A DNA stretch of 64,000 nucleotides from an uncultured delta proteobacterium (GTDB taxonomy: Bacteria > Myxococcota_A > Polyangia > Polyangiales > Polyangiaceae): positions 896,001 to 960,000 of the forward strand of contig CAWDXG010000001.1 of the NCBI GenBank assembly GCA_963806225.1, written 5' to 3'. Positions 10,507 to 22,811 of the stretch are shown piece by piece. A program made the position numbers and the translations under genes. The notes below the pieces were generated by a model, which was given only the letters and a program-made list of their open reading frames with translations, made no database searches and was not told where the DNA came from. The first letter of the stretch is position 1. Every line of letters starts with the position of its first letter.

Positions 10507-11684
10507 GTTCCATGCCCTCCGTTCGAGCCGCGCCGGCGTGACGCCACCGGCTGATCGCGGATCGCTGCGACCTCTTCCGTGATGTCGATGCCAACCGGGC
10601 ACCAGGTGATGCAGCGGCCGCAGCCGACGCAGCCGGAGCCGCCGAACTGGTCGATCCAGGTGGCGAGCTTGTGGGTCATCCACTGGCGGTAGCGGGCCTT
10701 GACCGATGGGCGCACTGCCCCGCCGTGCACGTACGAGAAATCCAGGTTGAAGCACGAGTCCCAGCGCCGCACGCGCTCCGACGTCGTGTTGGTGAGGTCG
10801 CTCGCGTCCTCGACGCTGCTGCAGAAGCAGGTCGGGCACACCATCGTGCAGTTCGTGCACGCCAGGCAACGCTCCGCCACGTCGTCCCAGCGCGGGTGTT
10901 CGAGGTTGTCGTAGAGCAGCTCCTTGATTCCGCGGGTGTCGAGCCGCCTGCCCATGCCGCGGGCCGCACGTTCCGTGGCGGCGGCGGCGCTCTGGAGGTC
11001 GTCAGCACCGGCGGATGCCACGCCGAGCTCGTCGTACAGCTCCTGCCCCACGGCGCTGCCGACCTCGACCAGAAAGCGGTGATCGCTCTCCACGCCGAGC
11101 TCGGTGAGCGCCAGGTCGAAGCCGTGCTCGGAGCGCGGCCCCGTGTTCATGGAGACGCAGAAACAGGTCCCTCCGGATTCCGCGCACTGCACCGCCACCA
11201 CGATCACGTCGCTGCGCCGCGCGGCGTAGCGCGGGTCGGCGTAGGGGCCGTCGCGGAGGATGCCGTCCTGGATCGCGATCGCGTGCAGATCGCAGGAACG
11301 CGCTCCGAACAGGGCGCGGCGTGGCGATTCGAGCGGCTCGGGCACGAGGCCGACGCGACGCCCATCGCGCTCGATGCGGAACAGACGCTCCACCGGAACG
11401 TGGAACAGCTTCTTGAAGGAGTGTGGCCCCACCGTGTGGCCGAACACGGCGGCGTCTTGGCGGCGCTCGATGCGATAGCGACCAGCGTCGCGGATCTCCG
11501 TCCAACCGACGGGCAGATCCGCGTCGCTCTGGATCGGCTCGTAGACGATGGCGCCGTCATGGATCGTCGGGCCGATCACCTGGTAGCCCCGCTCGCGCAG
11601 CGCGACGATCAGCGCCCCGAGTCGGGCGCGCGGGAGCACGCCGCGGGCCCGCGGCTGCCGGATGGGTGCGCCGCCGTCGCTCAT
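10503..11684 (-). CDS. hydB: Group 3b hydrogenase beta subunit (4Fe-4S, AsrA/HydB-like)
   Basis: [42 protein letters not shown]. Confidence 0.93.
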   Translation of the reverse strand: MSDGGAPIRQPRARGVLPRARLGALIVALRERGYQVIGPTIHDGAIVYEPIQSDADLPVGWTEIRDAGRYRIERRQDAAVFGHTVGPHSFKKLFHVPVERLFRIERDGRRVGLVPEPLESPRRALFGARSCDLHAIAIQDGILRDGPYADPRYAARRSDVIVVAVQCAESGGTCFCVSMNTGPRSEHGFDLALTELGVESDHRFLVEVGSAVGQELYDELGVASAGADDLQSAAAATERAARGMGRRLDTRGIKELLYDNLEHPRWDDVAERCLACTNCTMVCPTCFCSSVEDASDLTNTTSERVRRWDSCFNLDFSYVHGGAVRPSVKARYRQWMTHKLATWIDQFGGSGCVGCGRCITWCPVGIDITEEVAAIRDQPVASRRRGSNGGHGT

Positions 11685-12514
11685 GGTCGCCCTCCGCTGC
11701 GGGCGGCTCCGAGACCCAGCGCTGCCTGCCGTCCGGCCACGACCTCGATCAGTTCGTTGGTGATCTGCTCCTGGCGCGCGATGCGCCACGCTTCGCGAAG
11801 CTCGTCGAGCTTCCGGTCGCACGCGCCGCGAGCCATCTCGGCGGCGATGATGCGAGCGCGAACTTCTGCGCGCAGCGCTTCGGCGACGCCGACGGCCAGC
11901 CGACTGGCGATCGATTCCTTGACTGCCTGCGCCAGTACCTCCCGAAGCGGTGACCAGGTTTCCGGTGCCTGGCGCACCGGCTCGCGCTCGCCGGCGAGCA
12001 GCACGACGGAGCCGAGGGTGCTGCTGCCGCCACGGGGATAGAGCAGCTCGACGTGACTCCGGCTCGCGTGGAACAGCACGGCTTCTGCGATGCGACGTGC
12101 GACCTCGTCGTGCTCGTCGTGGGAGACAGCAGCGGGCAGCGTGAACAGCGTGCGCGAGACGAGAACAGGCTGGCGCATCGCCGACTCCACGAGACGGGAA
12201 CCGACCAGACCAACGGACCCGTCGGCGGGAAGCTGGGCCAGCACGCGTCGCGGCAGTGCGCCGCAATAGGGCCGCTCCGGGCCGAGGACGACGTAGAGTC
12301 GGTCTCGCGTCGTTCGCGGCAGAGGCGCTCCCGCGAGTCGAGCGACGACCTCGTCGACCCGGTCGAGGTACGCGCTGGCGTCGGCCGAGGCCTGCTCGGC
12401 GAGCGGAAGCTGCGCACGGGCCAGCGCCCAGATGGCGTGAACGACCTGGCCCACCGCCGAGACGGCCGACATCCGTCGCTCGAGCACCCGCAGATCGAAC
12501 ACCTGCTCAGCCAT
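11681..12514 (-). CDS. atpG: N-type ATPase gamma subunit (divergent)
   Basis: N-terminal helix, GPERPYCG, C-terminal RQEQITNELIEVVAG; last position in the N-ATPase gene order. Confidence 0.88.
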   Translation of the reverse strand: MAEQVFDLRVLERRMSAVSAVGQVVHAIWALARAQLPLAEQASADASAYLDRVDEVVARLAGAPLPRTTRDRLYVVLGPERPYCGALPRRVLAQLPADGSVGLVGSRLVESAMRQPVLVSRTLFTLPAAVSHDEHDEVARRIAEAVLFHASRSHVELLYPRGGSSTLGSVVLLAGEREPVRQAPETWSPLREVLAQAVKESIASRLAVGVAEALRAEVRARIIAAEMARGACDRKLDELREAWRIARQEQITNELIEVVAGRQAALGLGAARSGGRP

Positions 12515-14111
12515 CCAGCTCCGCCCCCCCGATATCGACCTCGATCTCCCCGGCGTCTTCGAATGTAACCTCGATTTCCGGGCCTGCCGCTGCGGCGCGG
12601 GCGGCGACAACGCGTCGGAGCAGCCCCTCCAGGCTGTCGCGGTCGACCTGGGAGAGCACCGCATCGCGTTCGACGCGCGCGACGAGCTCGGGCAGCTCGC
12701 GGCGGGCTTCGTCCACGAGCTGGCGGGCGGTTGCCGCGACCTCCGTTTCCGGGAGCGCGAGCAGCGCATCGTGGGACGCGGCCAGGGTCAAATAGGCCAC
12801 TTCCGCGAAGATGCCCAGGGGCTCGAGACGCCCGCCGCGCAGGAGCAGGCGGATGCGCTTTCCGAGCGCGATGCGTTGCTCGGTCGTCGCTTCGAGCCGC
12901 GTGCCGAGGCGCGAGAAGGCTTCCAGCTCGAGGAAGCCGGCGTAATCGAGGCGCAGCCGCGCCGCCAGCTCGCGGAATGCCTGGGCCTGGGCCTTGGCGC
13001 CCACGCGGCTCACCGACAGCGAGGCGTCGATGGCGGGCTTCTGGCCTCCCGTGAACAGCGACCGCGACAGTACGATCTGGCCGTCGGTGATCGAGATCAG
13101 GTTGGTGGGGATGTACGAGGTCAGGCGACCCCCCTCGAGCACGGCGAGCGGAAGCGCTGTCAGCGAGCCGCCGCCCTGATCCATCGAGAGTTGGGCCGCG
13201 CGCTCCAGCAGCCGCGAGTGCAGGTAGAAGATGTCGCCGGGGTAGGCTTCACGACCGGGCGGTCGCTTGAGCAGCAGCGACAGCTCGCGCCAGGCGACTG
13301 CATGCGACGTGAGGTCGTCGTAGACGATCAGCGCGTGCTCCCCGCGGTAGGTGAAGTGCTCGGCGAGCGCGGTGCCGGCGTATGGCGCGAGGTAGCGCAT
13401 GCCCGGGCTGTCGTCATCGGGCGCGGCCACCACGATCCAACGCTCGCCCCCGGCCCGGAGCGCCTCGACCGCGTGCCAGGTTTCCGAGCGGCGACGCCCA
13501 ACCGCCACGTACACGCAGACGACCTCGGTATTCTTCTGGCGCAACAGGATGTCGAGCGCGAGCGAGGTCTTTCCGGTCCCCTCTTCGCCCACGATGAGCT
13601 CGCGCTGCCCGCGACCGATCGGAAACATCGCGTCGATCGCGAGCGCGCCGGTGTAGAGCGGGCTATGCACAGCCGTCCGCTCGAAGATGCGTGGCGCCCG
13701 TCGTTCGAGGGGAACGTGCGTCAGGGTGCCGCGGAGGGGCATGCCGTCCAGCGGACGACCCAGTGGGTCGACGACGCGTCCCAGCATGGCGTCACCGGCG
13801 GGGAGGGTCGGAGCACGCCCAGTCGCCCGGACCGCAGCGCCGTCGGTGATGTCGACGTCATCGTCGAGCGCGATGGCTTCGATCGTGCTCGGTTGGAGGC
13901 TCAGCACCAGCGCCCGCCCCGCGTGCCCCCCCACCTCCAGCAGCTCCTCGGAGCAGGCGTCCGGCAGACCTTCGATGCGGAGCACTCCGTCGGTGATGCC
14001 CAGGACGCGGCCCTCCGAACGGACGCGCACGCGCGGACGGTACTCGCGTGCCGCGCGTGAAAGTGCCGAGCCGATGGCACGCACCGCATCCTCTACACGC
14101 ACGTGAGACAC
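12507..14111 (-). CDS. atpA: N-type ATPase alpha subunit
   Basis: PIGRGQRELIVG, GEEGTGKT, RPPGREAYPGDIFYLHSRLLERA, YIPTNLISITDGQI, SVSRVG. Confidence 0.96.
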   Translation of the reverse strand: MSHVRVEDAVRAIGSALSRAAREYRPRVRVRSEGRVLGITDGVLRIEGLPDACSEELLEVGGHAGRALVLSLQPSTIEAIALDDDVDITDGAAVRATGRAPTLPAGDAMLGRVVDPLGRPLDGMPLRGTLTHVPLERRAPRIFERTAVHSPLYTGALAIDAMFPIGRGQRELIVGEEGTGKTSLALDILLRQKNTEVVCVYVAVGRRRSETWHAVEALRAGGERWIVVAAPDDDSPGMRYLAPYAGTALAEHFTYRGEHALIVYDDLTSHAVAWRELSLLLKRPPGREAYPGDIFYLHSRLLERAAQLSMDQGGGSLTALPLAVLEGGRLTSYIPTNLISITDGQIVLSRSLFTGGQKPAIDASLSVSRVGAKAQAQAFRELAARLRLDYAGFLELEAFSRLGTRLEATTEQRIALGKRIRLLLRGGRLEPLGIFAEVAYLTLAASHDALLALPETEVAATARQLVDEARRELPELVARVERDAVLSQVDRDSLEGLLRRVVAARAAAAGPEIEVTFEDAGEIEVDIGGAELDG

Positions 14112-14113
14112 CG

Positions 14114-14881
14114 CTAGACCTCCGCCTCCACCATCTCGCGGACGCTGTCGCGGAATGCTTCGAGCTGGCCCGCCATCGAGGCGTCGAGGACGCGGTTGCC
14201 CACGCGCAGGACCAGACCTGCGCCCAGGGTCTCGTCCTCGCGCAGCGCCAGGCGCGGCGTGAGCCCGAGCGTCTCGCCCAGCTTGTCGCGCAGCCGCGAG
14301 ACGCCCTCGTCCCCGGGCATCTTCGCGAACGTGACCTCGACTTCCCGTGCCGCGCCGCCGTCGGCTTCGTCCGGGCCGGCTTCTCGTCTCAGCAGGTCGG
14401 ACTGGCGATCGAGCTCGGACAGCAGCTCATCGAGCAGCGCCGGTTCCAGCGCCTCGGGCGCGAGACGCGCGAGGATGCGTCCTGCCACCTCGGCGCCGCG
14501 CTCGACCAGCACCTCCCGCACCCACGCCAGCGCGGCTTCGCGTTCAGCGTCGAGCATCCGCTGTGCCCGCACGTGCTCGGCGGCGGCATCTTCGCGAGCT
14601 TGTTCGAGGATCCGGGCGCGCTCCTCGCTGGCTTGCTCGGTTGCGTCGCGGATGGTCTGCGCGCGGAGTCCGTCGAGCTCGGCTTGGCGCTCCCGGTAAT
14701 CCGCCAGCGAGTGCTCCGCCTGTTGCATGCGTAGCTCCGCGGCCTGCTCACGCTCCTTGATCACGTCATTGCGCTTCGCGATGGCGCGCTGCAGCGGCTT
14801 GTAGAGCACGCGCTGGAGGAGCCACACGAGGACGATGAAATTGACGATTTCGAACAGGAATGTCGTGAGGTTGAAGCCCAT
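14114..14881 (-). CDS. atpF: N-type ATPase b subunit with delta-like C-terminal extension
   Basis: TFLFEIVNFIVLVWLLQRVLYKPL TM start, coiled coil, C-terminal GLVLRVGNRVLDAS; 255 aa. Confidence 0.92.
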   Translation of the reverse strand: MGFNLTTFLFEIVNFIVLVWLLQRVLYKPLQRAIAKRNDVIKEREQAAELRMQQAEHSLADYRERQAELDGLRAQTIRDATEQASEERARILEQAREDAAAEHVRAQRMLDAEREAALAWVREVLVERGAEVAGRILARLAPEALEPALLDELLSELDRQSDLLRREAGPDEADGGAAREVEVTFAKMPGDEGVSRLRDKLGETLGLTPRLALREDETLGAGLVLRVGNRVLDASMAGQLEAFRDSVREMVEAEV

Positions 14882-14909
14882 GGCGATAACGTCGCTTTCG
14901 TGCTCGTCG

Positions 14910-15164
14910 CTAGCGCACCAGCGGATTGGCGTAGAGCAGGATCAACGCGACTACCAGACAGTAGATGGCGGTCGATTCGATCATTGCGAGGCCCACGAAG
15001 AGCGTCCGGGTGATGCGATCGGTCGCGTCGGGCTGGCGCGCGATCGCATCGAGCGCCTGCGCAACGGAACGACCTTCGCCCAGCGCGGGGCCGACCGATC
15101 CTATCGCGATCGTGAGCCCCGCCGTCACTACACTGGCGAGTGCGATCCACTCCTGACCGGTCAT
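14910..15164 (-). CDS. atpE: N-type ATPase c subunit
   Basis: PALGEG..ARQPD..LAMIESTAIY: Glu in helix 1 plus ESTxxY in helix 2. Confidence 0.97.
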   Translation of the reverse strand: MTGQEWIALASVVTAGLTIAIGSVGPALGEGRSVAQALDAIARQPDATDRITRTLFVGLAMIESTAIYCLVVALILLYANPLVR

Positions 15165-15865
15165 GTGGCTTCTCCTTTCATGTCGCCGGCGGCCGGGGCC
15201 GACGACTGTCCCTTCGGTTTCCGACGGCTGGCCGTTTCGAGAGAGCTGGCTGCGAAGACAAGTGTGAGCACGCCGAAGATGTAGGCCTGGACCAGACTGG
15301 TCAGCACAGTGAGCAGCATCAGCGGCACCGGCAGGAGCAGGCCGGCCAGGTAGACGATGATCGCGCCGACGAGGGTTCCGGACAGCATGTTGCCGAACAG
15401 GCGCAGCGCGAGCGCTACCGTACGGCTGAGCTCACCAATGATGTTGAACGGCAGAAGGAACGGGCTTGGTTCGATGTACTGTTTCAGATACCTCACGCCC
15501 TGGCTCCTGAACGCGTAGACGTGGCCCGCGACGAAGGCGATCAGCGCCAGCGCCACGGTAAGGGCCAGGTCCCGCGTGGGGCTCGACACGCCCGGCAGCA
15601 GACCGCTCAAGTTGGCGAATCCGATGAACAGCCACTGCGTGAGGATCAACGGAACCAACGGTCGAACGTCGGCGCTCACCATGTTCTGCACGGAGTCCTC
15701 GAGCACCGCGTAGATGATCTCGAGCACGCGCCGGGGACGTGCGAACGCGAGCAGGATGCGGCCGCCCAGCACCAGCACCAGCGAGAGGACCAGAGAAGCG
15801 ATCACGGTGTCGGTCACGACGACCGGCCCGATGTGGAAGACCTCGTCCGGAAACGGAGTCTTCAT
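15161..15865 (-). CDS. atpB: N-type ATPase a subunit
   Basis: ELSRTVALALRLFGNM (conserved Arg), LVQAYIF. Confidence 0.95.
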   Translation of the reverse strand: MKTPFPDEVFHIGPVVVTDTVIASLVLSLVLVLGGRILLAFARPRRVLEIIYAVLEDSVQNMVSADVRPLVPLILTQWLFIGFANLSGLLPGVSSPTRDLALTVALALIAFVAGHVYAFRSQGVRYLKQYIEPSPFLLPFNIIGELSRTVALALRLFGNMLSGTLVGAIIVYLAGLLLPVPLMLLTVLTSLVQAYIFGVLTLVFAASSLETASRRKPKGQSSAPAAGDMKGEAT

Positions 15866-16128
15866 GATCGCTGAACCTTCCGCCCGAGGACAACAAGACG
15901 AGCTGCAAGCAGCCCCGGCAGCGTGCACCAGGCGGCAAGCGGCGCAAGCGCGGCGGCGGCGAGCACAAACAGCGAGACGCTGCCGAGCGCGAGCGGGTAG
16001 GAGACGAGGACGAGGCCGGCTCCGCGACGCACCGCGAGCCGGGCGCGCCACCGCGTGATCCCCAGATGCACGAGCCCGGCGACCGCGCCGAGGCCCACGC
16101 CCGCCAGCGCTGCAAGCCACGCGCTCAT
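15862..16128 (-). CDS. atpR: N-ATPase subunit AtpR
   Basis: 88-aa hydrophobic protein located between atpQ and atpB, the position of atpR in N-ATPase operons. Called mainly on position. Confidence 0.7.
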   Translation of the reverse strand: MSAWLAALAGVGLGAVAGLVHLGITRWRARLAVRRGAGLVLVSYPLALGSVSLFVLAAAALAPLAAWCTLPGLLAARLVVLGRKVQRS

Positions 16129-16450
16129 GCGGTCCCCTTCGTGTCCGGTCCGCCCGCCGGGGGCTCGTCCTCGTGTTCGGCCTCCTCCAGGCTTCCGCGC
16201 ACCTGGCGCCACGTCACGTAGATACCGGTACCGAGCCCGGCAAGCAGGCCCACGATGGCGAGCCAGCGGCTACCGGTCCAGCGAGCGAGCAGATGTCCTC
16301 CTGCCGCACCCAGCACGACCGGCAGGATGAACATCCAGCCCAGCACGCCGACATGAGCGAGGTAGCGCCACATGGGGTCCTTGCTCTGTCGGGCTCGTGC
16401 CATGCGCTGGGCCTTCCTGCGCACCTCGCTCGCGTAGGGCTCGTCGGCCA

Positions 16451-16451
<1 letters not shown>
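16125..16451 (-). CDS. atpQ: N-ATPase AtpQ (AtpZ/AtpI-like)
   Basis: RRKAQRMARAR..GVLGWMFILPVVLGAAGG, two TM helices, directly after atpC. Confidence 0.85.
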
Positions 16452-18330
<1,879 letters not shown>

Positions 18331-20749
18331 TCAGCCCAGGCAAAGCGCCATTATTTCGCAAAAGCGCTCCACGAAGTGCGCCCGCAGCCCCTTCTTCACA
18401 TGGTCGGGCAGGTTCTCGAAATCGCTCTCGTTGGCCTTGGGCAGGACGACGTGCCGCACCTTGGCGCGCTTGGCCGCGATCATCTTCTCGCTGATGCCGC
18501 CGACGGGCAGCACGTGGCCGCTCAGATCGAGCTCCCCGGTCATGGCGTAGCCGCGCTTGATCGGCTTGTTCGCGCGCCAGCGTGTACAGAGCCGCCGCCA
18601 TGGTCACGCCCGCCGAGGGGCCGTCCTTCGGCGTCGCACCCGCCGGGACGTGCAGATGGACGAAGTGCTCGTCGAAGAAGCCCTCCGAGCCCTCGATAGA
18701 TGCACAGAGCCTGCGCGCGTACGTGTACGCGATCTCGGAGGACTCGACCATCACCTTGCCGAGCTGTCCGGTCTGCTTGAAGCCCGGACGGTCGGACTTC
18801 ACCGCGGTTGCTTCGACGTACAGCGTGTCGCCACCCATGCTGGTCCAGGCCAGACCGCGGATGACGCCGGGCGTCGGCGTGTCGTAGACCGTCTCTTCCG
18901 TGAAGATGCGCTTGCCCAGAAGCTCGCGGACCTCGGCGGGACCGATCTTGATACGCTCCGATTTCTCGAGGATCTTCACGGCGCTCTTGCGCACGATCTT
19001 CTTGATCTGCTTCTCGACACTGCGCACGCCCGCGTCGCGCGCGTAGCCGTCGATGATCTCGCGCAGCGCGGCCTTCGTGACGGAGAGCTGGGTGCGCTTG
19101 AGGTGCAGCGCCCGGAGCTCCCGCGGCAGGAGGTAGCGGTGGGCGATCTCCAGCTTCTCCTGCAGGATGTATCCGGACAGCTTGATGACTTCCATGCGGT
19201 CGAGGAGGGGCCCCGGAATGGTGTCCAGCTGGTTCGCGGTGCAGACGAACAGCACGTTCGACAGGTCGTAGCGGACGTCCAGATAGTGATCGAGGAACTC
19301 GCGGTTCTGTTCCGGGTCGAGCGCCTCGAGCAGCGCCGACGCGGGATCGCCGCGGAAGCTCGCGCCGATCTTGTCGATTTCGTCGAGCATGATGACGGGG
19401 TTGTCCGTCTTGCAGACGCGCAGCGCCTGCAGGAACTTGCCGGGCATGGCGCCGATGTACGTGCGGCGGTGGCCCTTGATCTCCGCCTCGTCGCGCATGC
19501 CGCCCAGGGAGAAGCGGTAGAACTCGCGGTTGAGGCTGCGCGCGATGGACTTGCCGATGGAGGTCTTGCCCACTCCGGGCGGACCGACCAGGCAGATGAT
19601 CGAGCCGGCAAGGCTGCCTTTGAGCAGTCCCGCCGCGATGAACTCGAGGATGCGCGCCTTCACGTCGTCGAGCCCGTAGTGGTCTTCGTCCAGCACCTTG
19701 CGGGCGCGCTCGAGCGTCGTGTCGTCGCCGCTTTCGGTTCCCCAGGGCAGCACCGTCAGCCAGTCGAGGTAGTTGCGGGTGACGGTGAACTCTGGCGAGG
19801 CGGGCTCGAGCATGCGCAGCTTTTCCAGTTCCTCGTCGATGCGCTGTTTCGCCTCGTCGCTGGGCGTGCGTGTCCGGAGCCGCTCGGTGAAGCGCTGGAG
19901 CTCCTGCTCCTTGTCGTCCTTCTCGAGCCCCAGCTCCTGCTTGATGCTCTTGAGCTGCTCGCGCAGGAAGAACTCGCGCTGCTGCTTGCTGATCCGCTCT
20001 TCGATCTGCTGCGTGATCTGCGATTGGAGCTTGGAGATGTCGAGCTCGCGCCGGAGCAGCTCCGCCGCTTTCTCCAGCCGTGGCTTGAGCTCCAGCGTCT
20101 CGAGCACCTGCTGCAGCTCGGTGCCGTTCGCGCTCGTCAGGTAGGCGGCGTAGTCGGCGAGGCGTGCGGGGTCCTCGAAATTGCCCTGGCTGAGCAGCAG
20201 ATTCAGCTCTTCCTTGAACAGCGGGTTGAGCTGTACCAGGTCCTTGATCGAGTTGATGATGGTCAGGGCGTAGGCCTTGAGCTCGTCACTGACCGACCCC
20301 TGCGATTCGTACAGGTATTCGACCTCGGCGACCTGGTAGGGGTCGGTGCTCACGATGCGCCCGAGCCGTATGCGGTCACGCGCGCCGAGCAGCACCGTGA
20401 GCCGGCCCGCCTCGTCCTTCTTGGCGTTCAGGAGCTGGGCGACCACCCCGACGGAATGCAGCTCGGGCACGTGCGGTCTGCCGTCGTCGGCTTCTTCGGC
20501 CGGTGTCTTGACGAGAGACAGCCCGACCAGTCCGCTCTGGGCCTCGATCGTATTCTGGATCAGCTTCGCAATGCTCTCGCTCTCGACCACCAGGGGCGTG
20601 ACGATCTGCGGGAAGAGCGGACGGCTCGGCAGAGGGATGATCGGGAGGCGGGGCGGATAGACCTGGCGCGCGACGACGATGCCCTGGTCCCGTCCTGCGG
20701 GCTCCCGGTTGTCGTCGACGATCTCGACGTTGGGGGAACGGTCGTTCAT
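18331..20749 (-). CDS. lon: ATP-dependent Lon protease; apparent frameshift near 18571-18578
   Basis: LON N domain, GPPGVGKTS, RRTYIGAMPG, PKDGPSAG (catalytic Ser). The C-terminus AMTGELDLSGHVLPVGGISEK (catalytic Lys) is in another frame (ORF 18331..18543). Confidence 0.92.
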
Positions 20750-20809
20750 GTCAGCGCATGATCTTAACCACGCCAGCCGGCGCGTTAAGCCCGGGGGCGC
20801 CGGAGCCGC

Positions 20810-21775
20810 TCAAGCGGCGTCCGGAAGGGCCGCCCTGGGGTCCCCGGCGGAAGCGCGTCCGGCGATAACCCAGGCGTATCGGCTGAGCAGCGCACCGAGG
20901 ACGAAGCTGGCCGCAGCTGCGGGCACCAGCCCGCCCAGGCGCAGCGCAAGCGAAAGCGGCCCGGACAGCACGCCCGCCGTGCGCAGCAGCGCGGCTGCCG
21001 TGCCACGGTGCAACGCCCGGTCTGCCGCGCCGTGGCGGTAGAGCTCGATCCACGCTGCGATGACGGTTTCCAGCGCGGCAGCGCCGGCGCCGAGTGCGTC
21101 CAGCGCGTGCAGCCGGAATCCCATGAGCTCGAGCAGTGCGGCGGCAGCTCCCAGCCCGGCAATGCCGAAGTGCAAGGGCAGCGTGTAGCGGTGCGCGTGC
21201 CATGCCGGCACCGCCGTCATCCCGAGCAGTACGCCCGTGTAGGTGGCGAGCAGCGCGCCCATCGCTCCCGCCAGGAGCGTCAATCCGAACAAGAGGTCGC
21301 TGGCCGTGTGGAAGGAGACGCCCAGGTCGGACGCGACGCGGAAGCCCTCGAACACGAGCACGGCAGCGAGTGTGAAGGTCGAGAACAGCACCAGCGTCCA
21401 CGCGCCGACCGACATCGGCGAGCGCAACTTGAGCACCCGGAGCATGTTCAAGAAGCGCGCGGGCCGTCCCAGGTCGAGAACGAGTAGTAGCGGCGAGAGC
21501 AGAGCGCCGCCCAGAGCCAGCCAGAGCGCCGCGCGCGCGAGCTCGAGGTTTTCGTGGGTTGCCACGCAGGCCAGCGCGATGACCGCGCTCATGCCCGCAG
21601 TGCCACCGACGAAGAAGTAGAGCGGGATCTCCCAGGTCCACACCGGGGGCTTGACGATGGGACGGCCGTAGTAGCCGGCCGGAGCCTTTGGCCGCGGCGC
21701 GCTCTGTGCGGCTCGCGCCGCCTGCTTGAGCTCGTCGAGCCGCTCTTCGCGCGGATCCTCGTCGGATAGGGGCAT
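20810..21775 (-). CDS. NrfD/PsrC-family membrane anchor subunit
   Basis: YYGRPIVKPPVWTWEIPLYFFVGG, DLGRPARF, SPMSVGAW, YTGVLL. Confidence 0.9.
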   Translation of the reverse strand: MPLSDEDPREERLDELKQAARAAQSAPRPKAPAGYYGRPIVKPPVWTWEIPLYFFVGGTAGMSAVIALACVATHENLELARAALWLALGGALLSPLLLVLDLGRPARFLNMLRVLKLRSPMSVGAWTLVLFSTFTLAAVLVFEGFRVASDLGVSFHTASDLLFGLTLLAGAMGALLATYTGVLLGMTAVPAWHAHRYTLPLHFGIAGLGAAAALLELMGFRLHALDALGAGAAALETVIAAWIELYRHGAADRALHRGTAAALLRTAGVLSGPLSLALRLGGLVPAAAASFVLGALLSRYAWVIAGRASAGDPRAALPDAA

Positions 21776-21781
21776 CTCGCG

Positions 21782-22636
21782 TCAACCCGGGAGCAGCAGG
21801 AAGCAGAGCAGGCTGCTTGTCAGTGCCAGAGCACAGGTGAAGATCGCGACCAGCCAGGCGTTGGCCAGATCCCGCCCGGGCAGCTCCGGCACCGGCGGCA
21901 GGCCGAACTGCTCCGCAGGCCCCGGCAGGAGGAACATGGCGTGGGTGCCTTCCACGGAAGTGTTCCTCGCGTCGTACAGGCGGGCTCCGTCGAATCCTCG
22001 CTCGCGGAGCGCGGCGACGCGTTCGCGGGCGCGTTCGTAGAGCTCGTCGAGTGGGCCGAAGGCGATCGACTCCGTGGGGCAGGTCTTGGCGCAGGCGGGC
22101 ACGAGCCCTTCGATCTGCCGGTCGTAGCAGAGTGTGCACTTGAACGCGCCACCGGCCCCCGGCAGGGGCGAAGGTCGGCGGTCGACGACGCCGAACGGAC
22201 AGCTGACGACACAGTAGCCGCAGCCGTTGCAGACGTCGTCCTGGATGAACACGGCGCCGACCTCGTTCCTCGCGATCGCGCCCGTGGGGCAGGCTTCGAG
22301 GCAACCCGCCTTCTCGCAGTGCTTGCACACGTCCGACAGGAACATCCAGCCGAGATCGCCTGCGACGCCGGCGAGCTGCGCGCCGACGCGCTCTTCGAAC
22401 TCCACGAACTTCACATGCCGCCAGGTGGACGCTCCAAGTTGTCCCGTGTTGTCATACGACTGTCCGCTGAATGCGTAGCCGTCGTCGGGGAGCTGGTTCC
22501 ACTCCTTGCACGCCACCTCGCACGCCTTGCAACCGATGCACAGGGTCGGGTCGGTGAAGAAACCGACGCGGGTGCGCTCGGCGACGAAGTCGTGCCGCGC
22601 CTGGTTCGGGCTGGATAGGCCGCCGCCGATCGCCAT
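21782..22636 (-). CDS. Formate dehydrogenase iron-sulfur (beta) subunit
   Basis: CIGCKACEVACKEWN, CKHCEKAGCLEACP, CNGCGYCVVSCP, KCTLCYDR..PACAKTCP; C-terminal TM helix. Confidence 0.92.
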   Translation of the reverse strand: MAIGGGLSSPNQARHDFVAERTRVGFFTDPTLCIGCKACEVACKEWNQLPDDGYAFSGQSYDNTGQLGASTWRHVKFVEFEERVGAQLAGVAGDLGWMFLSDVCKHCEKAGCLEACPTGAIARNEVGAVFIQDDVCNGCGYCVVSCPFGVVDRRPSPLPGAGGAFKCTLCYDRQIEGLVPACAKTCPTESIAFGPLDELYERARERVAALRERGFDGARLYDARNTSVEGTHAMFLLPGPAEQFGLPPVPELPGRDLANAWLVAIFTCALALTSSLLCFLLLPG

Positions 22637-22811
22637 CAGGCTCGTGGTCCGGGGCGGAGCCCTTGCAGAGCGGAGTTCATGGTCCCGGCGATGCTAGGGC
22701 GCCGGACAGGGCTGGATCAACGCTGCCGGTGATTGCCTGCGTCCGGCCCGTCGAAACCCGGGGGGAGACCAGCCGGTTGCGGCAGCCGCCGGAGGGCAGA
22801 TACTACGCGAC

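Noticed and set aside
8372..10594. 740-aa ORF suggesting a natural gamma-delta hydrogenase fusion
   Set aside because: Explained by a single-base frameshift. The proper gamma C-terminus and stop, and a separate delta ATG, are present.
18557..20761. Long antisense or alternative-frame ORFs (also 4324..7011, 31198..33213, 35832..38279, 47175..49421, upstream part of 60172..62778)
   Set aside because: Shadow ORFs expected at this GC content; they are Arg/Ala/Pro-rich, have no motifs and overlap well-supported genes.
20763..20789. Imperfect inverted repeat CTTAAC..GTTAAG between nrfD and lon
   Set aside because: Short and imperfect; cannot tell promoter, operator, terminator or chance apart.
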